Position numbers and translations under genes: made by a program. The notes under the pieces are model-generated. The model saw nothing but the letters and a program-made list of their open reading frames with translations, had not been told where the DNA came from and made no database searches. Shown here piece after piece: positions 1-13,039 of a stretch of DNA of 64,000 nucleotides (the stretch's first letter is position 1; every line of letters begins with the position of its first letter). Where the stretch lies: assembly GCA_965287045.1 (NCBI GenBank), contig OZ336872.1:53878001-53942000 (forward strand). The letters are read 5' to 3'. Source of the DNA: Carcharhinus amblyrhynchos. Lineage: Eukaryota.

Positions 1-1877
1 TGTACACATATTATGCCTGTAACAACTAAACAAAAGCTTGGTTCATTCCACATATCAGTGCCTCAACCAGAGTCAACCTGCCTGGTTTGAGTTTAAACAA
101 AATGACAAATAACCGTTCTCTGGTGCATTCTCCAAGGTAATACCTCTACCAAAAGATTCCACTTTTAAATCAATCAGAACTCTCTACTCATACGCTATGA
201 ATTGTTGTTCTCTTTAGAAACAGTATTCTTGCGAACCTGTCCTGAATGACAAAAAGTCTTGATAGCATGTCCCTTTTTTCAGTGACACTAGCTAAATTAC
301 TCTTGCAGTAAGAGGGCACAGATTAGATGGGTAGAATGGTGTCCTTCTGTGCTTTTTATGATTCTAATCATTTACAGCCTCCTGCCTTGAACAATGGTTT
401 GCTGCATGATGGTCAACTCTGTGTTAAGCATCATCTGGCCTGGCTCAGGAGCTCCACTCTGGCATGGCAGTCTCTGCCACAATTATTGTAGAGGAAGACA
501 GTATGGCCTGATGGGCAGAAGGGAAAAAAAAATTGTCCCAAGTAGCATGTCCTGTGCAACTGTGATACTGTATATGCTACAAAATGCAGATGGAAAACCC
601 AGGCTAATTATTGGGCAGTAGGGACTGAACTAGCCCAGGAGACAGCTCTGTTAACATGACTCAGCACCAACTTTATGTACAATCTACACTCCAGCCAGAA
701 ATAGGTCCAGCTCTTCCTTGAAGGAATGTGGTGTGCATTTCTCATGCAGGGCACAGCTGATGGCAAATGCTGAGCTGATCAAATCCTAGAATAGTTGCCC
801 TCATATTGGTGTTTAGTAAGAGGAGAGGGTTTGAAATCCAGAAATGATGTCCCTGGTTGCATGTGTGATTTTACACTAATGTAAACATTTATTAGGAGAT
901 AAGAAAAAATATACATAGTGCTGTTCCAAACAATCTTAATTAAATTACCTTCAGAGCTAACCTTTCCTGTATTTGTTCAGGCACTCCTTATAGATATAAA
1001 AATCTATAAAATTGCACTAACTTTTACCATATAGTGCTTTGACTTCTCTCTGCAGCGCCATCTGAGGTTAACAGCAGTTGGCATTTCAGATCTGACTTTG
1101 TTCACACTGCTTTCTGGGAGTTTGACCGACTATCCCTGCTGTCCGCTGAAGTCTAAACCAGCTCCCCCACAGGTTCCAGTATCTCCTTAAATAGGTTATT
1201 TCCCTTCGATCTCTCCATTGTTTCGCCCAAATTCTTTAGAACTGTTCTCTTCAGAATTGACGAACTTCATCTCTCTGCTTCAGCTTTTAGAATTTAAAAG
1301 AAAAGCAAACTTGGTTTATCTTATACTTTACCTAATGCACCTTTCCTTCGCACTTTGCATCTCTTCTTTGAATCAGAACAATTTGTTCATATCTATTCCT
1401 ATTCTATAATAATTTTTACCACATTATCTTAGATAAGCATCTGTTTTAAGTATTGCCAGGCTCATTACCATATCAAACCCACAGTTTAGATTCACACATT
1501 CACTTTAGCCCTTGCTTTAATTATCACTCGCATACCCCAACAGTTTAAAAGTATAACAAGAATATAAGCAGTAGAAAAATATTACAATTTCTTGGATTTC
1601 CCAGACAGGTGTTCTTGACAGTGTTAGCAACCTTAATTTTTCAAAGATATGCTGGTATTGAAGATCCTCGCCTGCTGCCACAGAAAAATTTTCTCACTCA
1701 GAAGGATGAAGAAAATTACTGGCATCATGACAAAGTATTAACTTTAAGTTAAATTGATCCCATTAAACTGAAACCCGATTGAAATTGAGGACCCTGCTGA
1801 AACAAATTGGAATAATTTCACCATAAATCTGACAGTTTTCTAGTTGCCAAAACACAAGCTCTGATTCAGACTTACAG

Positions 1878-1985
1878 TGTGGGCAGATTAAAATGGCAAA
1901 TGAAATTCAAAATAACAAACTGTGAGGTGATTCATTGCAGAAGAAATAATAAGGAGGCTGCTTATTTCTTGGAAATTAAGAAACT
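1878..1985 (+). mobile_element. CR1-type LINE RT fragment
   Basis: Degenerate W-Q-M-K-F...CEVIH...RNN motif typical of CR1 ORF2. Confidence 0.6.
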
Positions 1986-2306
1986 AATATTGTGAAATTT
2001 GACTCCGTACTGTATTTTTTTCCACAGTACATGTTATTTTACCTTCAAAATAGAAGGACATAAGAATGTAAGAGAATGGACCAGGAGTAGTTCACACAGT
2101 CCGTCAAGTCTGCGCTGCATTATTCAACATGACCATGTCTGATCTTGGGCTTCAATTTCATTTTCCTGCCACCTCCCTATATCCCATAATTTCCCAAGAG
2201 ATCAAAGACCTGTCTATCCCAGCCTTCAATATATTCATTGGTGGAGCATCCACAGCACTCTAAGGTGGAGAATTCCCAAGTTTCACAATCCTTTGTGTGA
2301 GATAAT

Positions 2307-3527
2307 GGGGCGATTCTCCCAGCATGCTGTATGACTTTAGTACAGGGGTGTTTCAGTCCAGTGGGGTTTACAACAGCTCCTCACTTGTGGGGTCCTAATG
2401 GTCCAACCCTGCTGGAGTGAAGGGAGGAGATGGAGGACTCCCAGAAGGTCAGGAGTAAGGGGGGATGCCCCTTGAGCATTGCTAGCCTGGCAGTGCCAGC
2501 CTGGCCCAATGGCACTGCCCAAGGGGCAAAGTGGTAATGTCCAGGAAGCATCGGGCAGTGTCAAGGTGTGAAGCCTAATGGGGACAGGACCTAATGGAGG
2601 GCAAGGGTGGGGAAATTGGTGGGGGCTGGGAGTCCAGCTGCCACTCTGTACCTGGCGGTGACAGAGCGAGGGAGGCTGGGCATCGGGGTGAGGGGTGGGT
2701 CGGGGCTGCGGGTTGGGTGGAGATCGGGAGACCAGAACTGCAGAGTGGGGGAGATTGAGGCAGGCCAGGGATGGGGTGGAAGGCTCAAGGCTGGCCTGGA
2801 TACATCCGGGTAGCCAGCAATCGGAGCATGGAGGTGGTCGGAGGGTCAGCGATGCATGGCCACAGGGCTGGCAAGTGATCAGGAAGCCAGTGGTGTGGGC
2901 TACTGTGCATGTGCCAGTCCTAGCACTGATAGATCAGTGCACACACAGTGGCCCACTCAGTGATATGCTGCCAGCCTCTCCAATGGAATAGGCCCAGCCC
3001 ACTCATCTTTCCCGTGATTCACGCTACCGCACTCTGCTGTGCACAGAGTGTGGGATATTCATTTTGAAATTTTGGGGCAACACAGTGGCACAGTTGGGGG
3101 GGAGGCAGCTGGGAGGATGGCAGAGTAGCACAATAGTTAGCACTGCAGCCTCACAGTGCCAGGGACCTGGGTTCAGTTTTGGCCTCGAGTGACTGTCTGT
3201 GTGGAGTTTGCACATTCTCCCTGTGTCTGCGTGAGTTTTCTCTGGGTGCTCTGGTTTCCTCCCACAGTCCAAAGTTGTGTGGATTAGGTTGATTGGCCAT
3301 ACTAAATTGCCCCTTAGTATCAGGGGGATTAGGACTATAGCTTGTGGGGTTGCAGGGATGGGACCTGGGTGGGATTGTTGTCACTGCAGGCTCAATTGAC
3401 CAAATGGCCTCCCTCTGCACTGTAGATTCTATGATTCTATGAAACTCCTGCTGGAAAAAAACAACAGGATTTACTTCAATTTTTATGCAAATTTGACAAC
3501 TTAGAATATTTTTGGGAGAATCGCCCC
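2307..3527. mobile_element. Non-autonomous DNA transposon (PIF/Harbinger-like) with perfect 15-bp TIRs, containing a nested HE1 SINE
   Basis: GGGGCGATTCTCCCA at 2307-2321 and TGGGAGAATCGCCCC at 3513-3527. The interior is GC-rich and the element interrupts a CR1 copy. Confidence 0.85.
3074..3441 (+). mobile_element. HE1-like tRNA-derived V-SINE
   Basis: tRNA-like head (A and B boxes, gggttca), core tgtgtggagtttgcacattctccc...gtttcctcccacagtccaaag, and tail (attctatg)n. The 5' head is duplicated. Confidence 0.9.
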
Positions 3528-4289
3528 CAGTATCTCCGTACTAAATGATTGCCCACTTATCCTGAGTCTGTGCCCCTGTGTTTTAGACTCCCCAAGAAAT
3601 GGAAACTATCTGTCAGCATCCACCTATCTCTTTACTGTTCTAAATTGGATCCAGGGGATTTTAGTCCCTTAAGCTTTTCCATACTTTATCACCATTGATA
3701 TTGGATTCCCAACTTTGCTCATTCTTTTTAGCCTCGAGCTTATTGTATTTAACTTATGTCTTCACTTTAAAGAACGACACAATCACTCCACCAATCCTTC
3801 ATTCTCCGTTCCAATTTCTCTTGCCTCTGATGCTAAGGAACAAACATTTACTTTAGCTACTCTCTTCCTTTTATATACTTTTAAAATATTTTATAATTTT
3901 TTAAATATTCCTGCTCATTCTATTTTGTCTCTTTTCATCAATGTTTTGGTAACCCTTTTCAGGTTTCTAAAACACTACTACTTCTCAGACTTGCTACTGC
4001 TTTTTGCAACAGTGCAAGCATCTTCTTCTAATTTAATAGTATCTGTAGCTTCCTAAATAAGCCACAGATTAAGTTTTTGTTCTTCAGTACTTTGCATTTT
4101 GGTCAAACATTTTGATTTTTTTCTTTAAATGTTTCCCACTGTTCATTTACCTTCATACCTTTGAGCCTATTTACCCAATTAACTTTAGCCACTTCACCCT
4201 TCATCAATTGGCTTTGTTTTAGTTTAAGATTTTAATTTGTGATTGAAATACATTACTTTCAGATTTAATATGGACCATGGCTTCTGTGC

Positions 4290-4690
4290 AGGTTCCCTTT
4301 GCTGCTCCCTATGAGGATTCCTGTACTGAGAGGGAGTTCTTCCGTGTCGTGAATTGGAATGCGAAGCTTTTTCAATACTGCAGGTTATAGGGTAGTTTTC
4401 TGTCCGACCAGCTTGGGATACAGATGTTCTAATTTTTATTTTGGAAGTTTTGGTCTCATATACGATCCTGCCCTCTGGTAACCTGGCACCTGCATTACCC
4501 ATCTCCACTATATTGGCCGCAGGTCATTTGCGCTCAGTATCACAACTGGCGCAGATCACCCTGGTAATTATCCTTGAGATAATGCACACTGTCAGTATCT
4601 GAGCTGGTGGCTGTGAGTGTGACTGTATTTCCCTGTCATTATTGGTTTACTGCTCTTCCACCACTGTCTGACCAAGTTGCAGTTCTTGGT
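4290..4690 (-). mobile_element. Possible decayed LTR-retrotransposon (Gypsy gag-like) fragment
   Basis: Weak gag-like peptide traces only (YMRPK..., DTEE..ILIG). Confidence 0.2.
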
Positions 4691-4768
4691 TGGATGAGGC
4701 AGGGGAGCAAGAGATGTATTTTTACACAGGCAGCATGTAAACCAGAAGAGAGTGTGGAATGAAGGGCA

Positions 4769-4950
4769 AGTCCAAAGATGTGAGGATTAGGTTGATTGGC
4801 CATGCTAAATTGACCCTAGTGTCAGGGAGATTAGCAGGGTAAATATGTGGGTTCATGGCAATAGGGCCTGGATGGAGTCGTGGTCAGTGCACACTCGATG
4901 GGCCAAATGGCCTCCTTCTGCACTGTAGGGATGCTATGCTATTCAATGAT
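4769..4950 (+). mobile_element. HE1-like SINE, 3' half
   Basis: gtccaaagatgtg...ttggccatgctaaattg...gggccaaatggcctccttctgcactgtaggg. Confidence 0.85.
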
Positions 4951-5064
4951 TGTAAGTGGAGTCTGAGAAGGAAGATCAGATATGAAGATGCTGCTAACTT
5001 CAATAGGTTCAGCCCTGCTGTGGCCATGGTCTCAGTCACGGCTGCTCTAATAATGGCAAGCCCT

Positions 5065-5715
5065 CACTCCTCCATTGTTGATGACTCCCAGAACAACTCC
5101 CTCCTGACTCTGTGCCACTGTGCCGCTGCCATCTCCGCTGGATGTGTCCTACCAGTGTAACAGGTCTTATGCAAGGATAATGATGGACGAATCTGGGACG
5201 TTGAAATACTCACAGAATCTTACCTTACAGCTAATGTCAGGCTGTTCCTTGACTAATCTGTGGGACAGCTCTGTCAATTTCAGCACAAGTCCCCAGGTGT
5301 TAGTAAGGAGGGATTTACAGGTGGACTAGACCGGGTATGCTCTTGTCTGGTTTGGTGCCTAGGTTGATGTCAGGTGCTAAGTTGCTTCTATTTTAATCAG
5401 TTTTGAGTAACAAATTCATACAACTTAGTGATTTGCTCGCCATTTCAGAGGGAAGCTAAGAGTCAACCACATTGATGTGGTCGTCACACATAGGCCAGAT
5501 TGGAGACCCACTTTCCTGAAGAGCATTCATGAGCAAAATGGCTTTTCACATCAATTTGGTGGTTTCACAATCACAATAACTAGCAGTTTATTATAGATAT
5601 ATTTAACTTGGTGAATTTAAAGTTCCCAGCTGCCACAGTGGGAATCATGTCTCTGGATCATCAGCCCAGGACTCTGGATGACTAGTCCAGTAACATAGCC
5701 GCTATGCTACCATTC
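5065..5715 (-). mobile_element. 5' end of a CR1-group LINE: tRNA-like head, 5'UTR and start of the APE endonuclease
   Basis: The minus strand begins ggtagcatagcggctatgttactggactagt... and later encodes LLTNTWGLVLKLTELSHRLVKEQPDI...VPDSSI...GSGTVAQSQEGV, an APE N-terminus. Confidence 0.7.
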
Positions 5716-6597
5716 GACAATATGGACGCTAGATACAAGCAGATCAGGCAACTTTGTTCTTCCCTCCACTTTGTGTCCTCAGTGAGCTTCAATGGCCAGG
5801 AAAAAACAGCACAAGGGAAGTTGTGAATCACTGTTAATAAGTCAAATTTGAAATAAATACTTTCCACTCTGGCTATTTTACAGAGATTGTGTGGATTTAA
5901 CACATTGCTGGAAAGCTGCAGGCATTGACTTGGTAAACTAAATGTGTTAATAAATTAAATGGAAGAGATGAAATTATTCACCATCGTTCTTTGTCATTCC
6001 TGAGGCAAGCTAAACATAATGATTTGCTTTCAGTTCCAGGACAGCATAATAATTAGATTCTTCACCAGAAGCAGATTTTTAGCATTAACAGCTCATGACA
6101 CATTGCAGTCAGTTAATCAATCTCAATGGTTATTATTGTGGTTTTATTAGTTACTCCCTTTCAACAGAAAATCTACAACCTCAATATGTTTTGATGGCCA
6201 AATATTTTTGTGGCCAGAACAATGAGATGGTTAACATGTGGGTTCCTGAATCCTGACATATAATGTTCGAATTTATCAAGAAGATATTTCAGGAAAGTGC
6301 TATCTTTCCGTATGATCAGAGGTTGTCCTGTTGTGCACATGTCTGTGTGTGATCCAGACATCAAAATACTCAGTTAATTATGGGCTGCTGTGACTAAGAA
6401 GATACAGCTGAACATATTTCACTGCAGTTATTTGTGGCTACATTTGCAGTAAAGGAAAAGATGTTTGAAGATTTGTAAAAGGAGACATGTTTTCCAGGTC
6501 ATTATATTGGATGATACAGCTGCCAGTCCAATTATATCCCTGCAGTTTGCTTCAACTCTTCCCAGACTAGGTTGCCGAAAACAATTGCAGTTTATGT

Positions 6598-7066
6598 TGA
6601 GGGAGCACAGCTAAGATTTACCAGCTGATTCCTGGGATGGCAGGTCTGTCATATGAGAAGGAGCTAAATTGGTTAGGATTATATTCACTGGAGTTTAGAA
6701 GAGTGAGAGGGGATCGCATAAAAACTTATAAAATTCTAACAGGGTTAGATAGAGTAGATTCAGAAAGAATGTTCCCAATAGTGGGGGTGTTCAGAACTAG
6801 GGGATCTTAGAACTGAGGTGAGGAGAAATTTCTTCACCTAGAGGGTGGTGAATATGTGGAATTCACTCTCACAAAAGGTAGTTGAGGCCAAAACGTTGTC
6901 TGAATTCACAAAGAAATTAGATATAGCAGTAAGGGCTAAAATGATCAAGGGATATGGCAGGAAGGGGATCAGGATATTGAATTTGATAATCAGCCATGAT
7001 CAAAATGAATGGCAAAGCAGGCTCGAAGAGCCAAAAGGCCTACTCCTGCTTTCAGGTTCTATGTTA
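6598..7066 (+). mobile_element. CR1-type LINE 3' end
   Basis: LGLYSLEFRRVRGD...RNFFT.RVVNMWNSL motifs, and the tail aaggcctactcctgct...ttctatgtt. Confidence 0.9.
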
Positions 7067-8526
7067 CTTTTGGTAATTCTGGATGAAGATCAGCCACAGT
7101 TTCTAACAGTCGTTATGGTTGTTTCTCCTTTTTATTTTGGAATAATTACTAAATGTTGCACTTGGAAATTTCTGAGGTCCTCGTTCTGATCAGTGCATTG
7201 TGCTGCATGGAACTCCTCCTTTCTGTGTCCCTTCAGTATTAAACAACCTGTTCAATAATAATAATCCATGTTTTCCATATTCTCCTGTTCCTGATCAGTG
7301 CATTGTTCAGTCATGCCCTACTGAGCTCATTAAGGAGTTTGAATTTCCAACAATAATAAACCAAACCTCTGAGCTCAAGCCATCATCTTATGCCCAGTTC
7401 CACCTTGCTAGCCATTAACCTTTGGACTCAATATCCTGTGTAAGATATTATATGCAACTGGAATCAACTACTTGGAAAGTTTAAGTACTCTTTGTACATT
7501 TATATCATGCTCCTGATGCTTATGCACACTGAGCTTACTTATACATAAAGCCAAAAGCCAGAGGTCTCAAAATATTTCTCATTATGCTAAAAGTCATTGG
7601 ATGTCCCACTGCTAATAAATGTCATATTAATATAGAAATATTAGATGTTAAATCAGAAGCATAAGAAAGTCCCAAGAGGTGACAGATTCAATTTCGATTG
7701 TATTTGTTAATTTTGTAGATTTCATTTCAGCGTGGAGTTATGAATTTAATAATTTGTATTACGTCTGTTATTCTCCTGATAGCAGAGGAAATTTAGTCAA
7801 ATACAATAAGGTGATTTCGCTGCTTAATAGATCAAGAGAGAACTTCAAATTGATGTCTTTGTGCCAATAACATTGAAACATGTGTGCAGCATGGCCATAT
7901 CCTTATCCAATTGCCTTCCTCAACCCAGTAGTTAATGTTTTGTACTAAATATGCTTCAGTTTGGTCCAGATACTTATCCATAAGATTACTTTATAAGATA
8001 AAGATTTAATGAGTCTATTACTATTTTACTGCAAAGATCTTCTGAAGTTCAAAATGAGATGTCAAAAACACAAAGCAATGCAGATCTTTAGATATCTATA
8101 AAGTCAGGTAGTGTTATATTACATAATTTACAAATTTTATTGATGTCGTTAATAAGCAGACTCTTCCATTGCAACCATTTGATTTCACCCTCTACATCCT
8201 GTTCAGATATTGGAAATTCAAGGCTTCTTGAAGCCTTGAAGTTTCAGATGGTATATCGCAGAAGATATTTTACTCTATTTCCAAGAGTATGGAACAGTTG
8301 GTGATAATTAGAAGTCATTTCAAAGAGAAGGTCTTCCACAAGATATTTTGTGATTTGCCAGCAATTATCTGGTTGAGTTCAATTAATAATTATTACCATA
8401 ATATGATTCAAGCATGAGCTCACACCAACCACAGGCATTTTGTTTATATAACAGCCTTAAGCTATGGATTTCCTTCTCATTTGCTCTTCCACGTTTCTTT
8501 CTCTACCTCTTTTCCATCCTCATTAC

Positions 8527-8697
8527 AAATGACAGGCAATGACCATTTCAACAAGAGAATGTAGTCACTTCACCTTGACATTCAATCACATTACCGTGGT
8601 CAACCTTCTATCATCGACATATTGAAAGTTAGCATTGACTAGAAACTTAACTAGACAAATCACATGAATGCTATGGTTACCAGAGCAGGTTAGTGGC
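8527..8697 (+). mobile_element. RT-region fragment of the same LINE family as 63315-64000
   Basis: gcattgactagaaacttaactagacaaatcacat...accagagcagg aligns with the reverse complement of 63890-63960. Confidence 0.6.
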
Positions 8698-11514
8698 TCA
8701 CATATATAAACATATGCACACATGTATCCATGAAAGGGTTAGCCTTCTTCAAAGAAATATGTTAACACCCACATTAAAATAGCCATGTTTTAGCTGTATC
8801 AGTATGCCATAGCACCTACTGAGTTTTTTTTTAGCCAATTTGTTTTTCCATCTCCTCCTCCTTGATAGAACACAATCCAAACTCATATCATCGCCAACAC
8901 AACCAAATTTACAGTGCCATTACCATACATTCAAACTCATACCATCATTAACACAAACCAAGATTACAGTATGGATAACACAAAATTCACTGAACTTCAT
9001 TTCTCCATTAATACATAATTAAACATATTGTTCTCGCATGGCAGCAAACAAGAACACTCCATATACGTTATCAAATTTGAAAGTTTTGAATTCCACATAG
9101 ACGTCTTCCAATCCTTCCTCTATAACTTCAGCTGAAGTCCTTTCAAATTTATATAACCAGTTCTCTAGGATTCCCACAGATTTTCCATCAAGTGGCAGTA
9201 GGACATGAATGGAACCACCATAAAAGTAAGACCCTTGAGTTATGATGTGACACTTATGAATGTTATAGTATTGTCAAAGAACCAAAACATGATTCAAGGT
9301 GGGAAATGATATCATTAAGTTTAAGTAAAATATATAACATGTGCAATGATGCAAATCAGATTATTCACAATATTTTTCACAATATTAGTCTGAAGCTTGT
9401 AATATTTTGTACCCTACTCTCATGAGACAGTGATCTTTCTTCAAAAAATCCATTGACTGATCATGCAGTGGCACCTGACTTCACAATTCAGTAACGCCAA
9501 GATCCCGAATTGCTTTTGGTTTCAATCATTTTTTTCTCAGTCTTAAATTTTTGATGAATGTTTTGCTCATTTGAACCTTTGATGTCAGTGCTAAGAAACA
9601 GAATATTTCTCCTACTCTTGGTATGATCTGTTTGAGTGAAGGGCAGCAAAGGTCAGAGGCCGCCTTGGATTCCAAGCTTTGTACTATATCCCATGGCAGA
9701 GGTGCACACTGTAATGCATCAATACACATCCCTTTATGAATTATGGACAAGCATGTGCACTGGACATCTGCCTACTGGGCACCAACTCAATCACTTCAAA
9801 CAGCAATGGTTATAGCTTAGTGGATCTCGGAGGTAGCTATCATAGCTCTACCAATCATATTTCATTCTTGGTTATTTCTAAGTTTGTTGATCTCAATTGG
9901 AGCATTTACCAATGGCCACACATGGAGAAATGTAGTGAAAACTTCAATCAATGCGCGAGCACACAGGGAACCTTAGAACTGGGCCACGCTGTGATGCCAT
10001 TTATGGTTGAATAGTTAACCAATGCACACTGTTAGCAATCACACGCTACTGGAAGGCTGACAGCACTCATGGAATTGTAATCTGACAGAAAAAACCTTTG
10101 GGAAAGTCGGGAGGGCAGGGTGGTGGGATCAGTAAGTTGCAAGAGTAAATATTCCAATTTACTTCAGAATATGTGCACAGCACAGAAATTGCCCATTCAT
10201 TGTGACAGGGCCAGGCTGCTTTGTAATCTCAACACAAACTTTCTCATAACCTTCATCTCATCCGACCAGCATACCTTTCTTATCCCTCCCTCCTTCTTGG
10301 ACTCACCTAACCTCACTGAGGAATTTTAAAGCCAACAAAGGTGACAACTTGGCAGTGTCACCCACAGGTTGATTCAAACCAAGAGTCTTCAGCTGAAAGC
10401 ATTAAACAAACGCTCACAAGGGGACATTTTATAAATTAGTGTTTCCAGTTTCATCTTTTGTACAAGGGGAGAACATCATCCCACAGTCCACACCATCCTA
10501 CCCTGTTTTCCATTGTATTCCACTACTCCTGAGACCTGAATTCCTGAAATGTGCTCCTGCTGTGTGAAGTTCCATGCTGGATGTACCAATTTGGGGAAAC
10601 CTATTCCATCGCCTCAAAATTCTGAAATTGTGTTTTACTTGCAGTCAATTCAGTGAAAAATGATGGTGTTACCTACTCTCCTCCAAGGCTTTGCAATGAC
10701 AAATCTTTGTATTTTTAACTTTCCTTCAGTGAAATTTGATCACCATCCAAGAGCCCTCTTTTCTCCATTCCTCTGTTCCATTTTGATCAGCTGAAATAAA
10801 TCATCCAGACACATTATTTTGAATTAATATTGCATTCTTGGATCTAAACTTCTGATTTCTGCTGTATTCAATTATTAATCATCATCTCATACAATGAAAC
10901 CTTTCCCTAATGGCATCTGAGCTCACCAGTAAAAAGGGCCAATATAAAAATAAATTTGATTACAGTCAATGGTGTTTTATGAAAGCAAATGCTTTAATCC
11001 ATAACAACAATTTGTGTTTATTTAATTGTCAATAACTTTGTAATTTATGTGGATTTCACAGTTTCAAAGTCAAACTCATAAACAAGGGACTTTCTCTATG
11101 AATTAGAAATTGCTGATTTGTGGGGAGACGGAAAAGTATAATGAGTTTGACAAGAACCTTTCAGCTGTGGGACTTAATTTCACATCCCACCTTCATGATC
11201 AGATTAAAGGCTGGTGGCTGCAAAGGTGAAATGGGAAATGTGTTTGGACAGAATCAGTCTAGCTCCAAACAGCACAAAATTGGAATGCAAGTGTCCACTG
11301 GGGCAGCAGTTTGGTAAACAGAGCAGACACGATATGAAGAGCTATACTTCTCCACTAATTGAAATCTGATTGAGAGCTGCCATAGGGTGACTGGTGTGAA
11401 CAATGGAAAACAAAAGTCACAGTGATGCAGTGAGTGGTGTTCTTCACAGGCTGTGTTTGAAGGATTTTGCTGGGCAATACAAAAGCAGCTTCACTCCTCC
11501 CTGACTCTATCATA

Positions 11515-11852
11515 CTTGATTGGAAGTGCTGAATATTGGCATTGGAAGTGCTGATTACTAATATTGGGAGTGCTGGATACTGACATTGGGAGTATTGGAT
11601 ACTGACATTGGAAGTGCTGGATACTGACATAGGGAGTGTTGGATACTGACATTCGAAGTGCTGGATACTGACATTGGAAGTGTTGGATACCAACATTGGG
11701 AGTGTTGGATACTGACATTGGGAGTGTTGGATATTGAAACTGGGAATGTTTGATACTGACACTGGGAGGATTGGATACTGACATTGGGAGTGTTGGATCC
11801 TGACATTGGGAGTGTTTGATACTGACACTGGTAGTGTTGAATAGTGACATTA
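11515..11852. repeat. Minisatellite, ~15 copies of a 22-bp unit (TTGGATACTGACATTGGGAGTG)
   Basis: Direct tandem periodicity. It produces repetitive ORFs in all three minus-strand frames. Confidence 0.95.
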
Positions 11853-12769
11853 GGTTGTTGAGATAAGAAGAATTTTATTTACCAACAATAATGCCTCTGA
11901 GCCCAAGAACTTCCAGTTTAACAGAAAACGCACTGGCTCTGGGACAAGTGAAGCCACAATCCCATGGGTGGGTTCATGTTTCCTATACCTGCTCATGGTG
12001 TAGAATTCTCAGTTGTGAAGTTGGGCAAGGAGTTTATAAGAGTCCTAAAACTAGCCCAAAACTTGCACTTTAATATGACACCATTGCAGGCATCTCAAGG
12101 TGCACATTCACCTTTGATAGAGGTACAAAACAACTGGTGTTGTTCACCCATTTTGCAACCCATTCAATTTCCACTCCCACTTTGGATAGTGGGATAATTA
12201 ATGGAAGGCCAGTCCATTATTCTCTATGTTGTGCTCCAATCAAAGTGTGTGACTTGTTGTATACCTCACCTGACTTTCCATCGAAATAATGTGTGACAGC
12301 TGGCCGATCCACAATTGCCCATTGCATCCTTGACGTACTTCAGTGTTACAATCCAAAGTCTACTTTATCATTCAGACACAGTGGACAAAAATTGATGTTT
12401 TCTTGGAAGACGGGTTTGGTAGCAGAGGGCATTTAATTGGGCAGGTTTGGTGGCAGGTGGGTATCCTGCCCCCATTATGTTCAGGGCAGGAAGGCATGTG
12501 GAGAATCGACTGAAGCCCTTAATTGGGTTATTAATGTTCACTGCTGCCATTTTCCCAAAAGTGGGCAGAGCTCTCGCCAGGTGGGCAGCCTAGAAAGCCA
12601 ACCCACCAGAGGTCGGTGGGGGGGGGGCCCTGTGCATAACCAAGGGACCCTCAGAATCAGGAAAGTTGGGAGGAAGGGGGGCATTGAAAGACACCCTCAT
12701 GCTCTTACTGCTGACCTTACCTCCCCCGTGACCCCTACCCACATAAAATGACCACTTTCAGACAGCAAG

Positions 12770-13000
12770 GTTCAATGAACAATAATTAACAGTCAGATAA
12801 ACTGGTTCAATGCTGTTGGCTGAGGGATAAATTGTGGCTTTGGTGACAGGGAGCTCGCTTATATTTTTTTCTAATTGGTGTTCCAGGATCCTTTATGCCC
12901 ACAGGTCTCAGCTAATTCTTTTATCTGAAAGACAGCACCGCTGACTGTGCAGTATCTCCTCAGTAGTTTATCCTAGAGTGGGACCTTCTGACTTAAATGT
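12770..13000 (-). mobile_element. SacSINE1/Deu-SINE-like fragment
   Basis: tctgaaagacagcacc.ctgac.gtgcagta.tcctcagta and tgagggataaat are the reverse complement of the Deu-domain seen at 23920-24100. Confidence 0.7.
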
Positions 13001-13039
13001 GTGTGTGCTGTTATGACTCCGCATTGTACAGTAGGAGCA

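Larger units (their letters stand above)
2057..4270 (-). mobile_element. Decayed CR1-type LINE (3' end at 2057-2306, resumes at 3529-4270), split by a DNA-transposon insertion
   Basis: Tail cataagaa...caggagtagg-like motif. The sequence cttTGTGTGA|...|atctccgtactaaatg is continuous across the insertion. Confidence 0.75.

Noticed and set aside
8217-8240. 11-bp palindrome TTCAAGGCTTC-TT-GAAGCCTTGAA
   Set aside because: It is short, has a 2-nt loop and has no supporting context.
11355-11850. Three overlapping repetitive ORFs of 82-157 aa
   Set aside because: They are a by-product of the 22-bp minisatellite. There is no splice or domain evidence.
11515-11852. CRISPR-like array
   Set aside because: The units are head-to-tail with no unique spacers, the context is eukaryotic, and there are no cas genes.
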